A stretch of 64,000 nucleotides of DNA. It comes from Candidatus Berkelbacteria bacterium. Its GTDB lineage: Bacteria; Patescibacteriota; UBA1384; DTJR01. The translations under genes were made by a program, and so were the position numbers. Under the pieces are notes generated by a model that was not told the origin of the DNA, did no database searches, and was given only the letters and a program-made list of their open reading frames with translations. The stretch covers positions 5,689 through 69,688 of the forward strand of contig JAPLVK010000022.1 in assembly GCA_026397175.1 (NCBI GenBank). Reading direction: 5' to 3'. Positions 1 to 9,478 of this stretch are shown piece by piece (positions within the stretch are counted from its first letter, which is position 1; the number at the start of each line of letters is the position of its first letter).

Positions 1-334
1 CGCTTTTGCGACCACAGTGAAGAACTCCGATTATATTTTCCTTCTTACTAAAAAACATTACCGGGGCACAATCGGCAGAGCGAATTGACAAAGTTATATT
101 TTTGTCCGTAAACATCCCGTCAATATTTTTATGAAATCCGGACTTGGAAATAAAAGCAACTTTGTCCTTATGTACCTGTTGGCAAAATGTTATGGGCTTG
201 GGGATATTGTTTTTCTCAAAAAAGTCATTTTGGTTTTTTTTATTTTTTTCGTTATTTAAAGACATCGAGCCGTCTTTAATTTCGCTTGAAATTATCTTAA
301 CCGACTGAAAATTTGATAAAAATTTATACTTCAT
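1..334 (-). CDS. PgeF/YfiH-family (DUF152 laccase-domain) protein; C-terminal part lies beyond the window start
   Basis: Minus-strand translation gives ...QQVHKDKVAFISKSG...IDGMFTDKNITLSIRSADCAPVMFFSKKENIIGVLHCGRKS, matching the PgeF motifs QVHG and TADC-PV...HAGWRG. The ATG at 334 overlaps the comM stop (ATGA-type). Confidence 0.5.
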   Translation of the reverse strand, partial: MKYKFLSNFQSVKIISSEIKDGSMSLNNEKNKKNQNDFFEKNNIPKPITFCQQVHKDKVAFISKSGFHKNIDGMFTDKNITLSIRSADCAPVMFFSKKENIIGVLHCGRKS

Positions 335-1865
335 ATGGACTTTTATTTTGGGGACGATATTGGAGCGCTTCGGAAATGTGCGAGGGTTTAACCCTTGCAG
401 AGTCCTCTAGGTCGGCGATTGTTCGGGCAACTCTTTGGATTTTAAGAAATGATCTCATCGAAAGCCCTAATTTTTCGACCGCGTTTTCGAGCAGCAATTC
501 CGCTTCTTGCGAGAGTGGCATTATTTCGTTGATTTCTCTTTTTGATAAAGAGTTATTTAATTTTTTCTTTTTGAACTGACCAGATGATCTTGATTTTTGA
601 ATTTCACGGGCTCGAGTAACTCTTTTTCTAACTTCGGCGGATGACTCTTCTTTTTTGGCTGATTTGAGTTGTTTTAAAGGAATTTTCTCGACTGTTAAAC
701 AAAGATCAATTCGATCAAGAAGCGGGCCAGAAATTTTTTTGTTGTAAAGAATGATTTGGGATGATAAGCAAACACATTCATGATGATCGTCGCCGAGGTA
801 GCCGCAAGGACAGGGGTTTTTGGCCGCAACTAAAATAAAATCGGCGGGAAATTGAAGTGTTCCGTGAGCTCTTGAAATCGTAACGATTTTATCCTCGAGC
901 GGCTGACGCAACGACTCCAAAACAAAACGAGGAAATTCCGGAAATTCATCCAAAAATAAAACGCCTTTATGGGCAAGGGAAACCTCACCGGGCTTTGGAA
1001 AAGCGCCGCCGCCGATAATAGCGACCGCAGATGTGGTGTGATGGGGCGAGCGAAAAGGGCGCTCGGAAATAATCGGTTTTTCTTGAGATAAAAGACCGGC
1101 GACAGAATAAATTTTAGTCACCTCGAGCATTTCTTCCTCGTCTAAAAGCGGCAAAATCGAAACAATACTTTTTGAAAGAAGCGTCTTTCCTCCGCCTGGC
1201 GGGCCTTCGAGTAAAATATTGTGGCCGCCGGCGGCAGCGATTTCGAGCGCTCTCTTGGCTTGGGCAAGTCCTACGATATTTGAAAAATCGTAATCGTCAA
1301 AATCGTCGCGGGAGACAATTTTGACGCCTTTGGTTTTTTGATAGGGAATTGGATCGGAAATAATTTTTTGAACTAATTCGTGAAGATTTTTAACCGCCAA
1401 AATTTCGATACCCGACAATAAATTGGCCTCTCGTTGATTTGATTCGGGAATTACTAAAGCAAGCCCCTTTTCTTTAGCCAGAGTCGCCGCCTGAACAACC
1501 GCTCGAACCGGTTTTACCTCGCCACCAAGCGAGAGTTCGCCCATAAAAATAGCGTTTTTAATTTTTTTGGGATCAAACAAACCGGCGGCAACGAGAATTC
1601 CAATCGCGATTGGTAAATCGTAAACCGGGCCTTCTTTTTTAACATCAGCCGGGGCCAAATTTACAACGATCTTTTTTTGCGGAAAAGAAAACCCGGAATT
1701 TTTTAAGGCAAGGCGGACCCGTTCTTTTGATTCCTCGACCGCTTTGTCCGGCAAACCGACAATAGTTAAAGATGGGATTCCCGCACCAACATCAACCTCA
1801 ACTTCAACAATCTGTGCCTCGAGCCCTTGGGTTACAATCGAAAAAATTTTGGAGAGTTTTTCCAT
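324..1865 (-). CDS. comM: Mg-chelatase-like AAA+ ATPase ComM/YifB
   Basis: 513 aa with an N-terminal Lon-protease-like domain, Walker A LLEGPPGGGKTLLSKS and a C-terminal ChlI/YifB region. Confidence 0.8.
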   Translation of the reverse strand: MEKLSKIFSIVTQGLEAQIVEVEVDVGAGIPSLTIVGLPDKAVEESKERVRLALKNSGFSFPQKKIVVNLAPADVKKEGPVYDLPIAIGILVAAGLFDPKKIKNAIFMGELSLGGEVKPVRAVVQAATLAKEKGLALVIPESNQREANLLSGIEILAVKNLHELVQKIISDPIPYQKTKGVKIVSRDDFDDYDFSNIVGLAQAKRALEIAAAGGHNILLEGPPGGGKTLLSKSIVSILPLLDEEEMLEVTKIYSVAGLLSQEKPIISERPFRSPHHTTSAVAIIGGGAFPKPGEVSLAHKGVLFLDEFPEFPRFVLESLRQPLEDKIVTISRAHGTLQFPADFILVAAKNPCPCGYLGDDHHECVCLSSQIILYNKKISGPLLDRIDLCLTVEKIPLKQLKSAKKEESSAEVRKRVTRAREIQKSRSSGQFKKKKLNNSLSKREINEIMPLSQEAELLLENAVEKLGLSMRSFLKIQRVARTIADLEDSARVKPSHISEALQYRPQNKSPYEV

Positions 1866-2001
1866 TTGTGTTCATTATAGTAAAGAAGCCCTCGAAAGCA
1901 AATGGGCTATCGTCATTAAACCAAATTATTGAAAAATAAAAGAAAATAGGATACTCTCTTCTTGAGAAAGCTAGCATTCTTGACATACAGGAGACGCTGC
2001 A

Positions 2002-3636
2002 ATGATTAGGACGATTGTTGATTCGTCACGGGCGACCCTTGACGGAATCGCGGAGGAGATGGCTATCCGGCAGACAGACGAGTTGTTTATTCTCGCTCCG
2101 ATGGGTAGTCAGTTTGACCACAAGATTCTGCAAGCTATGGGTCGAATCGGTGTTTTTTGTTTGCCGTTTGACCCAAACTCTATCAGCGCAGAAGATGTAC
2201 AGCGACTCAATCCCAAGGGCATCATCATTTCGGGAGGACCGGTCTCGGTGCACGACAGCACCCGGCCGAAGTTCGACGAGAGAATCTTCGACCTTGGGAT
2301 CCCCGTTTTAGGTATCTGCCTCGGTTTTCAAATGTGGGCCCAGCATGTCGGCTGTGTCGTTTCGCCTGGGGCCAAACGGGAACTCGGCCCCCACACATTG
2401 GACATCAGGGATACTAATTCCCCGCTGTTTCAGTTCGAACAACCGAGAGAGCAGATCACTGTGATCCAGAGCCACGGCGATGCTATTCAGCCGATTTCGA
2501 GTATGAAACATCTGCTGTGGTGCGAAAACGCCCTGGCCTCCAGCAATGTCGGACATCTCTGGGGCGTTCAGTTTCACCCGGAAGTCAGTCATACCGACTG
2601 CGGTGACGAGATCTTCCGCAACTTCGCTTTCCAGATTTGCGATGCTACCAAGGTCTTTCGGGCCGGGGATGTTGCGCAGCAAGTAGTTGATGAAACACGG
2701 GAAGCAATCGGAACCAAAAGCAAGATCCTGCTTGCGCTTTCGGGCGGTTCGGATTCATCAACGGTTGCCTACATCCTCGGCAAGGCAGTTGACTATCAGC
2801 CCGGTCGAATTCGCGCCGTCTATATCAAAGGTGTGGATCGCCCGGAGGACGAGGAGCATGTACGAAAGTACTTTGGGAGTATCCCTTGGCTTGAGCTCGT
2901 TTTCGTTGATGCAACTACGGAGTTCCTAAGGGAACTCGAAGGAAAGACCACATGGAAGGATAAGCGCCTGGGGGTTCGTGTTGCCTACAAAGGAACCCTC
3001 GAACAGCAAATCGAGTTACTCCGTTCGGAGTGCTCCCTCCAAGTTGCTATCTACATTGCGCAGGGTACGCTCTACACCGACATTGTCGAGAGTGGCGGAG
3101 GACTTGCCTCCGGCGCCGTCAAGGCACGGATCAAACTTCATCACAATGTCGATCTCGGCTTCAGTGTGCCCGAGATCATGCCGCTATCAAGTCAAGTTAA
3201 GGACACGGGACGCAACATCGGTCGGGCTCTCGGAGTTCCCGAGGAACTGTTGACCCGGCATCCTTTCCCTGGCCCTGGACTCGTTGTCAGGATCGAGCCC
3301 GAAATCACCGAGCAAACCCTGCGCGATGCTCGCGTTATTGACGGGATCTTTATGGAAGAGCTCCGAAACTTTGGTCTTTACGACACCGTCTGGCAGGCCG
3401 GAACAGTGATCCTCAATTCGATTTCTACCGCAACCAAGGGCGACGACGCTGCCATCGGTTACTGTGTCGCCATCTGGGGCAAGGAATCGGTTGACGGCTT
3501 CACGGCGAGATGGTCTGATTTTACGCGGGAGTTCAAGGAGAGAGTGAGTACCCGCATCACCAATGAGGTCAGAGGTGCTGCCAGAGTACTCCATGACATC
3601 ACGAATAAGCCCCCCGGCACTATTGAGTGGGGCTAG
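2002..3636 (+). CDS. guaA: GMP synthase (glutamine-hydrolysing)
   Basis: GATase-I motif GICLGFQMWA, ATP-PPase motif LALSGGSDSS and a C-terminal ...KPPGTIEWG like GuaA. AGGAG lies 8 nt upstream of the ATG. The gene is visibly GC-richer than its neighbours. Confidence 0.85.
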   Translation: MIRTIVDSSRATLDGIAEEMAIRQTDELFILAPMGSQFDHKILQAMGRIGVFCLPFDPNSISAEDVQRLNPKGIIISGGPVSVHDSTRPKFDERIFDLGIPVLGICLGFQMWAQHVGCVVSPGAKRELGPHTLDIRDTNSPLFQFEQPREQITVIQSHGDAIQPISSMKHLLWCENALASSNVGHLWGVQFHPEVSHTDCGDEIFRNFAFQICDATKVFRAGDVAQQVVDETREAIGTKSKILLALSGGSDSSTVAYILGKAVDYQPGRIRAVYIKGVDRPEDEEHVRKYFGSIPWLELVFVDATTEFLRELEGKTTWKDKRLGVRVAYKGTLEQQIELLRSECSLQVAIYIAQGTLYTDIVESGGGLASGAVKARIKLHHNVDLGFSVPEIMPLSSQVKDTGRNIGRALGVPEELLTRHPFPGPGLVVRIEPEITEQTLRDARVIDGIFMEELRNFGLYDTVWQAGTVILNSISTATKGDDAAIGYCVAIWGKESVDGFTARWSDFTREFKERVSTRITNEVRGAARVLHDITNKPPGTIEWG

Positions 3637-3649
3637 TCCGTGCTTCTGG

Positions 3650-3702
3650 CCAGCCCCGAATTATCGCTTTTTGCGACAATTCGGGGCTGGCTTCTTTTTT
3701 TA
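3650..3702 (+). terminator. Rho-independent terminator of guaA
   Basis: Inverted repeat ccagccccgaatt...aattcggggctgg followed by cttcttttttt. Confidence 0.65.
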
Positions 3703-3723
3703 AGATGATTTTAGGAAGAAAAT

Positions 3724-4734
3724 ATGCTAAGATATTTTGAAATTATGGCAAGAAGAAAAATTATTTGTATCGTGGGGCCGACGGCGTCAGGGAAAACCGG
3801 ACTCGGGGTTTATTTGGCTAAAAAAGTCGGGGGAGAGATTGTTTCTGCCGACTCGCGACAGGTTTACAAAAAACTCGATATTGGATCTGGCAAGGACTTG
3901 GAAGAATATGGTGATATTAAATATCATTTAATTGATGTTGTGAAACCAGAAGAAAAATTTACGATGTTCGATTGGCTCGAGAAAGCAAGAATAATTATCG
4001 AGGATATTTTTGATAGGGGAAAAGTGCCGATTATAGTCGGAGGAACGGGGTTATATGTAAAAGCTCTAGTACAGGGCTTTTACATAACTCAAAAAGTAAA
4101 AATAAAAAAGTATAGCCACAATTCAAAACTTAAAAATTTTTCAAGGGAAGAATTAGACGAAAGATCATTGGGACAACTGCAAGAAATTGCGAAAAAATTG
4201 GGTTTAAATACAGAAAAATTGGACTTTCAAAACCCAAGACGGCTGATAAGGGCGATTGAGAGAAAACAAGAGGGGATAAAAATCACCAAGAAAAAGCCGG
4301 ATTTTGAGGCGTTGCAAATTGGGATTTCGACGCCGCGAGAAGATCTTTATGAAAAAATTGATAGGCGGGTGGAATCAAGGTTTAAAGATGGAATGTTGGA
4401 AGAAGTAAAAAGGTTAATTGATTCGGGGGTTAGCACAAAGTGGCTGCTTCAATTAGGTTTAGAATACAGAATAATAACGGAATATCTCCTCTGTCATCCC
4501 GCACTGGATGCGGGATCTAAAAGTATAGATTCCCGCTTTCGCGAGAATGACAACAAGAGTGGCAACAAGGATGGCGAGAATGACAAATTCGAAGAGATGA
4601 AACAAGAACTGAAGTGGAAAAGCCACGGTTATGCCAGAAGGCAGTTGACATGGTTGAGAAGATTTCCGGAGATTAAATGGGTTAAAGATAAGAAGGAAGC
4701 GGAAAAAATTGCTAAGGATTTTTTTAGAAAATAA
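3724..4734 (+). CDS. miaA: tRNA dimethylallyltransferase
   Basis: P-loop IICIVGPTASGKTGLGVYLAK...IVSADSRQVYKKLDIGSGK is typical of MiaA. Confidence 0.85.
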   Translation: MLRYFEIMARRKIICIVGPTASGKTGLGVYLAKKVGGEIVSADSRQVYKKLDIGSGKDLEEYGDIKYHLIDVVKPEEKFTMFDWLEKARIIIEDIFDRGKVPIIVGGTGLYVKALVQGFYITQKVKIKKYSHNSKLKNFSREELDERSLGQLQEIAKKLGLNTEKLDFQNPRRLIRAIERKQEGIKITKKKPDFEALQIGISTPREDLYEKIDRRVESRFKDGMLEEVKRLIDSGVSTKWLLQLGLEYRIITEYLLCHPALDAGSKSIDSRFRENDNKSGNKDGENDKFEEMKQELKWKSHGYARRQLTWLRRFPEIKWVKDKKEAEKIAKDFFRK

Positions 4735-4774
4735 AAGATTTTTTGTAGCCCTTCGGGCTACAGATACCGTTTGT

Positions 4775-4945
4775 TAAGGACAAGGGGGCCTACTTGCGAA
4801 GCGGCCCCCTATCCTTAACGATCCAACCCCTGCACGCTGTTTCAGGATCAAAAAATCAGCTTCTTCTTTCTGATAAACCTTCTCGACAAGTTTGCGAGTT
4901 TTCATCAGAAGCGAAAAAGCTGATTTTTCTTCCTGAAACGGGAAA
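4775..4945 (+). repeat. Structured intergenic repeat element, copy A
   Basis: Homologous to 35135-35300. It has a GGGGGCC-TACTTGCGAAGC-GGCCCCC hairpin, CCCTGCACGCT, internal hairpins and GAAGCGAAAA. Its arms tgtttcaggatcaaaaaatcagctt and aagctgatttttcttcctgaaacgg are inverted. Confidence 0.5.
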
Positions 4946-5018
4946 TTCAAATTCAATTGTCTAACTGTTTAATTACTTTTCTTGCATTTTTATTTTAAAA
5001 AGTGCTAGAATTAAATTA

Positions 5019-5585
5019 ATGAATAAAATACTTGCTGCACTAATTATTATTTTATCTCTGACTGTCCCATTTTCGTCTGTTTTGGCAGATGGAAAATTAA
5101 CGAATTTCCCGGTTGGATCGTGCAAAACAATAAACGGGGGAATGTGGCAGCAACTCTCCGATGGAACTTGGGCTGACCCAAACGATAAAATCAACACCTG
5201 TAAATTAGGTGGAGCGGGTGGGATTGGTAACCAAAACTACAATGCGTGGACTCAAGCGGGTTACACTCAAAACCAGCTTGGGAATATGACTTATCAGCAA
5301 TGGTTTAACATGTGTGTTTTGACTCAAAGTTTAGTGGCTAGGCCAGAATGCCAAAATTATAACGGCAGTAATTATTACGGAAATGGCGGTTATGGCGGAT
5401 ATAACAATAACAGTGGGTACAATAATGCTTTGTGGTATCCGGAAATGGGACGAGCCACGAACTCTTTCTTCTATTCGGACGATAATCTCGCAATAAGCGC
5501 GCAAATTCCGGCGGAAAACACAACTGTGAGCTCAATTTTAGCCGGTGTAGCCATGGGCTGGATGTTTAATCAGTGGACTAAATAA
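5019..5585 (+). CDS. Secreted Gly/Asn/Tyr-rich hypothetical protein
   Basis: N-terminal signal peptide MNKILAALIIILSLTVPFSSVLA followed by a low-complexity G/N/Y-rich mature part. Confidence 0.5.
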   Translation: MNKILAALIIILSLTVPFSSVLADGKLTNFPVGSCKTINGGMWQQLSDGTWADPNDKINTCKLGGAGGIGNQNYNAWTQAGYTQNQLGNMTYQQWFNMCVLTQSLVARPECQNYNGSNYYGNGGYGGYNNNSGYNNALWYPEMGRATNSFFYSDDNLAISAQIPAENTTVSSILAGVAMGWMFNQWTK

Positions 5586-5586
5586 A

Positions 5587-6429
5587 CTAGATCTTACTTT
5601 TTAAAATCGAAATGAGAGCGGTCCATTGATATTTATTGAGTTCTTCGGGGCGTTGATCTAAATTAAATCCGCATTTCTTAGCAATCCCCTCTGCTTCCTT
5701 CGGTAAAATTTTTAAATTGTTAAAAAGAGAATTTTTGATTTTTTTCCGTTTTGAAGAAAACGCCGACTTGATGATTTTCAAGGCGACTTTTGCCGGTACA
5801 CTTAATTGATTAATGTTGGAAATAACAATCACGGCCGAATCAACATGGGGTGGGGGATAAAACAGATTACGCGAAACATTGTGGAGCAATTTAGTTTCAC
5901 CGAATTGTTCGATAAAAACCGTTAGAATCCCCCGATTTGAATCGTTCGGTTTTGCTAAAATCCGATCGGCCACTTCTTTTTGAAGCATTAGAACCATTGT
6001 TTGGGGCAAGGTCTTTGAGACACTCAAAAGAGAAATTATTGATGCCGCCCCAATATTATACGGAAGGTTTGCGACAACTTTAAAAGGGGACTCAACAATC
6101 AGACCAGGGATTAGAAGCAAAGCGTCTTGGCAAATAATTTTTGTATTTTTGTTCTCGAATCGATTTAATAAATATTGATGAAGATCGCGGTCTTTTTCGA
6201 CCAAAACAATTTCTTTGGTTTTTGATTTGATAAGTTCTTGTGTCAAAACGCCAAGTCCCGGCCCAATTTCTAGAACAGAATCACTGGGGGACAGCAGTGC
6301 CGCTTCAACCATTTTTTTTGCGACGGTATCGGAAATTAAAAAATGTTGGCCTAACGACTTTTTGGCACCACCGTATAAGGAAATAAATTTTTTGATTTGA
6401 GAGAGTTTGGACGGATCAAAATCTTCCAT
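5587..6429 (-). CDS. ksgA: 16S rRNA (adenine1518/1519-N6)-dimethyltransferase RsmA/KsgA
   Basis: SLGQHFLISD...VLEIGPGLGVLTQ SAM motif. The ORF track extends to 6480, but the start is more likely Met-18 (MEDFDPS...), which also avoids overlap with the next gene. Confidence 0.8.
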   Translation of the reverse strand: MEDFDPSKLSQIKKFISLYGGAKKSLGQHFLISDTVAKKMVEAALLSPSDSVLEIGPGLGVLTQELIKSKTKEIVLVEKDRDLHQYLLNRFENKNTKIICQDALLLIPGLIVESPFKVVANLPYNIGAASIISLLSVSKTLPQTMVLMLQKEVADRILAKPNDSNRGILTVFIEQFGETKLLHNVSRNLFYPPPHVDSAVIVISNINQLSVPAKVALKIIKSAFSSKRKKIKNSLFNNLKILPKEAEGIAKKCGFNLDQRPEELNKYQWTALISILKSKI

Positions 6430-6431
6430 CT

Positions 6432-7388
6432 TTATTGTTTTAATTGCTCTACCAAAACCATCGCTCCCTTGCCAGTCCAATTATATCTTAGCTCATCCAA
6501 AACGCCATGGGATAAGTCCAGAACGACATCACCATCGTGATCGGCCGATCCCCAAGTACAGTCAACGGTTTTAATAATTTGCGCCCCATTTGCTTGATTC
6601 GTGATACGAAGGGTGGTTCCTTTTTTGTAGTTTGCGCTGATAACGGAACAATTTGAGGGATTATAAACCGTGGCGTAACCACGCTCCGAACTTAAAACAA
6701 TGACTTTGGTTCCGATCTTAATAATTTCGTCCTGCGGCTTATCAACAATTTCATTTTTTTGCAGCGTTTTTGAGACATCAATTCCGTCCTCGCGGCGAAC
6801 GAGGTAGAGGAGTCGTCTTTTTCCGGTTTTACCAATTTGCGAAGTTGTTTGTTTGCCTCGCTCTAGGGTCGGATCGTCAATTTTTTTTGTCTGATAGGGG
6901 AGTGTCTCAAAGTTCTCAATTTCAGCCAGAGAAACCCTTGTAATTTTAATTAAATTGTCTGCGGGCTCGGAGCCAAGCGCCGGAGAAACCATATCTTCTT
7001 TGGCTAATTGAATACTGGCTCCAGAGAGGATTTCCCCTACTCCCCTCTTAAAAGAATAAACGCCGTATGTTTTTTTGCCGTCTTGAATCGTATATTTTGG
7101 GGCTTTAAAAACCGCCTGGATGCCGCCGATGGCAAATTGTGGGTCCATAATAGTCACGATTTTTTGGGTTTGATCGAAAAAAATATTTTGCAAAATCCCC
7201 TCACCTGGCAGTTGATATTTGATTTCGGGCTCGACAATTTTTTCATCATTTTGAAAATTAGCCAGGGCGATTGCTCGGCCGATTATAAAATTTTTGTCCA
7301 TATTTTCACTTTGCGCATTACAAAAATTTGTGCCCCAAAATAGACCAAAGAAAACTAAAATTAATATTTTATAATTCAATGACTTCAA
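6432..7388 (-). CDS. Secreted G5-domain plus RlpA/3D-like (DPBB) cell-wall-binding protein
   Basis: Signal peptide, then a G5-like middle region. The C-terminus TTLRITNQANGAQIIKTVDCTWGSADHDGDVVLDLSHGVLDEL resembles the RlpA double-psi beta-barrel. Confidence 0.55.
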   Translation of the reverse strand: MKSLNYKILILVFFGLFWGTNFCNAQSENMDKNFIIGRAIALANFQNDEKIVEPEIKYQLPGEGILQNIFFDQTQKIVTIMDPQFAIGGIQAVFKAPKYTIQDGKKTYGVYSFKRGVGEILSGASIQLAKEDMVSPALGSEPADNLIKITRVSLAEIENFETLPYQTKKIDDPTLERGKQTTSQIGKTGKRRLLYLVRREDGIDVSKTLQKNEIVDKPQDEIIKIGTKVIVLSSERGYATVYNPSNCSVISANYKKGTTLRITNQANGAQIIKTVDCTWGSADHDGDVVLDLSHGVLDELRYNWTGKGAMVLVEQLKQ

Positions 7389-9240
7389 TTTGGTTCTCCG
7401 GTAATTCTTGCAAAAATCTAGATGGAATACAGGGCTGCAACTCGCCGTATAAAAATCTGGTTTTGGCGTGGGAAATATACAAGCGGTCCATAGCTCTGGT
7501 CATCCCAACATAAAACAATCGCCGCTCTTCTTCAAGCTCAAATTGATCTTCCATGGATTGAGAATGCGGAAAAAGTCCTTCCTCTAGCCCCGAAATAAAA
7601 ACGACGGGAAATTCCAAGCCCTTGGCGGCATGCACAGTCATTAGGGTCAGCGATTTTTCTTTTTCTTGCAATTCGTCAATATCGGAAATCAAAGCAACCG
7701 AGTCCAAAAATGTTGGTAAATTATTGTAAGCGCTTGCGGCATTTTTGAGCTCTTTTAAGTTTTCGAGCCGTGACTCCGATTCGATTGATCCATCACTTAG
7801 ATATTCTTCGTAGCCAGTGAGTTTTAAGACCTTATCTATAATTAAATCAGGTCGTTGATTTGAACTGGCAAAATCCTTGATCTTATCTAGCATGTTAGAA
7901 AATTCCTTGTACTTGGGAATTTCTTCTTTGGCTTTGTCTAGATCAATTGAAATTTTAGCCAAGGTCTTTTCGCCAATCCCCCGCGAAGGTGAGTTGACCG
8001 CACGAGAAAGCGCAATAAAATCGTTTGGATTTTGCAGAAGCATTAAATAAGCCAAAACATCTTTAATTTCCTTGCGAGCGTAAAATTTTAGTCCACCGAT
8101 TATGCGATACGGAACGCCGCGCGAGATTAACGATTCCTCAAATGCACGGGACTGCGCATTGGTGCGATACAAAACGACAAAGTCACAAAGTTCTTTTTTT
8201 TCTCCTTGAACGAGCGATTCGATCTCATCTAAAATAAACTCGACTTCTTCTTTTTTGGTAGGAGAATTCAAGACGATCACCGGCGCTCCCGCAACTTTCT
8301 CGGCCGTTAAATTTTTGTCAGATCGCATTTCGTTGTTTAAAATAACCGATTGAGCCGCTTTGATAATTGGCGGAGTCGAGCGATAATTCTTTTCTAAATA
8401 AATTACTTTTGCGTCAGGATAATCCTTTTTAAAGTCCAAAATATTTTGAAATTTTGCTCCGCGAAAAGAGTAGATTGATTGCCAGTCGTCCCCTATCGCG
8501 AAAATATTGCGATTTTTTTGCGCTAACAATTTTAGAAAAATATATTGCGCGTGGTTTGTGTCTTGATATTCGTCAACCAAAATATATTTAAATATATTTT
8601 GATAATTTTCTAAAATTTCAGGGTGTTTTTGAAATATCTCGACTGTTTTCATAATCAGATCGTCAAAATCCAGCGCGTCAGCTTTTTTTAAAATTTCTTC
8701 GTAGCGCAAATAGACCTTGGAGACAATTTTCTGGAAATGATCAAAGGCAAATGACTGGTATGCCTTGGCAGAAACCAACTCACCTTTGGCACCAGAAATA
8801 AATGAACGAATTGCTTTTGGGTTATATTTTTTTTCTTCGATTTCGAGATCCTTCATCGCCCTTTTAACTGCGCGCAGAGAATCGTCTGAATCGTAAATTG
8901 TAAAATTTTGCGAGTAGCCAAAAAGTTTGATTTCTCGGCGTAAAATTTTGACGCAAATGGAATGGAAAGTTCCAAGCCAAGGCAAGCGGGAGGGAAGCTT
9001 CCAGCTGTCAGCCGTCAGCAATTTACCGATTCGATCTGACATCTCACCCGCAGCTTTGTTGGTGAAAGTGACGGCTAGAATATTTTGGGGCGAGACCATT
9101 TTGCCGTACATCAAATAGGCGATGCGATGAGTCAAGGCCCTGGTTTTGCCGCTTCCGGCACCAGCAAGAATTAAAACAGGACCTTCGGTTTTTAAGACCG
9201 CTTCCTTCTGACTTTCGTTAAGTGAGCGCAAAACATCCAT
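7369..9240 (-). CDS. pcrA: ATP-dependent DNA helicase PcrA/UvrD
   Basis: LNESQKEAV...ILAGAGSGKTRALTHRIAYL (motif I) and downstream UvrD motifs. The ORF track starts at 9276, but Met-13 (MDVLRSLNE...) matches the canonical UvrD N-terminus. Confidence 0.85.
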   Translation of the reverse strand: MDVLRSLNESQKEAVLKTEGPVLILAGAGSGKTRALTHRIAYLMYGKMVSPQNILAVTFTNKAAGEMSDRIGKLLTADSWKLPSRLPWLGTFHSICVKILRREIKLFGYSQNFTIYDSDDSLRAVKRAMKDLEIEEKKYNPKAIRSFISGAKGELVSAKAYQSFAFDHFQKIVSKVYLRYEEILKKADALDFDDLIMKTVEIFQKHPEILENYQNIFKYILVDEYQDTNHAQYIFLKLLAQKNRNIFAIGDDWQSIYSFRGAKFQNILDFKKDYPDAKVIYLEKNYRSTPPIIKAAQSVILNNEMRSDKNLTAEKVAGAPVIVLNSPTKKEEVEFILDEIESLVQGEKKELCDFVVLYRTNAQSRAFEESLISRGVPYRIIGGLKFYARKEIKDVLAYLMLLQNPNDFIALSRAVNSPSRGIGEKTLAKISIDLDKAKEEIPKYKEFSNMLDKIKDFASSNQRPDLIIDKVLKLTGYEEYLSDGSIESESRLENLKELKNAASAYNNLPTFLDSVALISDIDELQEKEKSLTLMTVHAAKGLEFPVVFISGLEEGLFPHSQSMEDQFELEEERRLFYVGMTRAMDRLYISHAKTRFLYGELQPCIPSRFLQELPENQIEVIEL

Positions 9241-9339
9241 AAAAATAAGAGTAGCAAGTTTGGGGAGGGGATGCAATTTTAGAGGGACAAAAATTATTAT
9301 TTACAGAACTTACGCAACGAAGCCCAATTTTTTGTTGAT

Positions 9340-9419
9340 AACACACTAAAGTGTGGGCTACATTTCCCCTCGTAGGCCATGCTTTAGCATGATAATCAAC
9401 ACACTAAAGTGTGGACTAC
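9340..9419. promoter_or_regulatory. Two direct repeats, each containing the 14-bp palindrome CACACTAAAGTGTG, upstream of pcrA
   Basis: AACACACTAAAGTGTGG(G/A)CTAC occurs at 9340 and 9398; the palindromes are at 9342-9355 and 9400-9413, 58 bp apart and 100-180 bp upstream of the pcrA start. Confidence 0.4.
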
Positions 9420-9442
9420 GGCATTTTGCGTAAGCGCTGTTA

Positions 9443-9471
9443 TTGACTTTTTTGGGTGAAAGTGCTAATAT
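9443..9471 (+). promoter_or_regulatory. Sigma70-like promoter (TTGACT-17-TAATAT)
   Basis: ttgact + 17 nt + taatat, pointing into an ORF-free GC-rich segment. Confidence 0.45.
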
Positions 9472-9478
9472 CTGGGCA

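Noticed and set aside
313-579. 88-aa plus-strand ORF
   Set aside because: Lies entirely antisense within comM; low-complexity translation and no RBS.
1744-1986. Small ORFs (62 and 60 aa) at the comM 5' end / guaA upstream region
   Set aside because: They overlap the comM start or the promoter region and have no conserved motifs; likely spurious.
2015-3594. Several 75-135-aa ORFs on both strands inside guaA
   Set aside because: Alternative-frame or antisense artefacts of the GC-rich guaA sequence.
4774-4956. 60-aa minus-strand ORF
   Set aside because: Coincides with the structured repeat element (copy A), which has a homologous non-coding copy at 35.2 kb; the translation is not conserved between copies.
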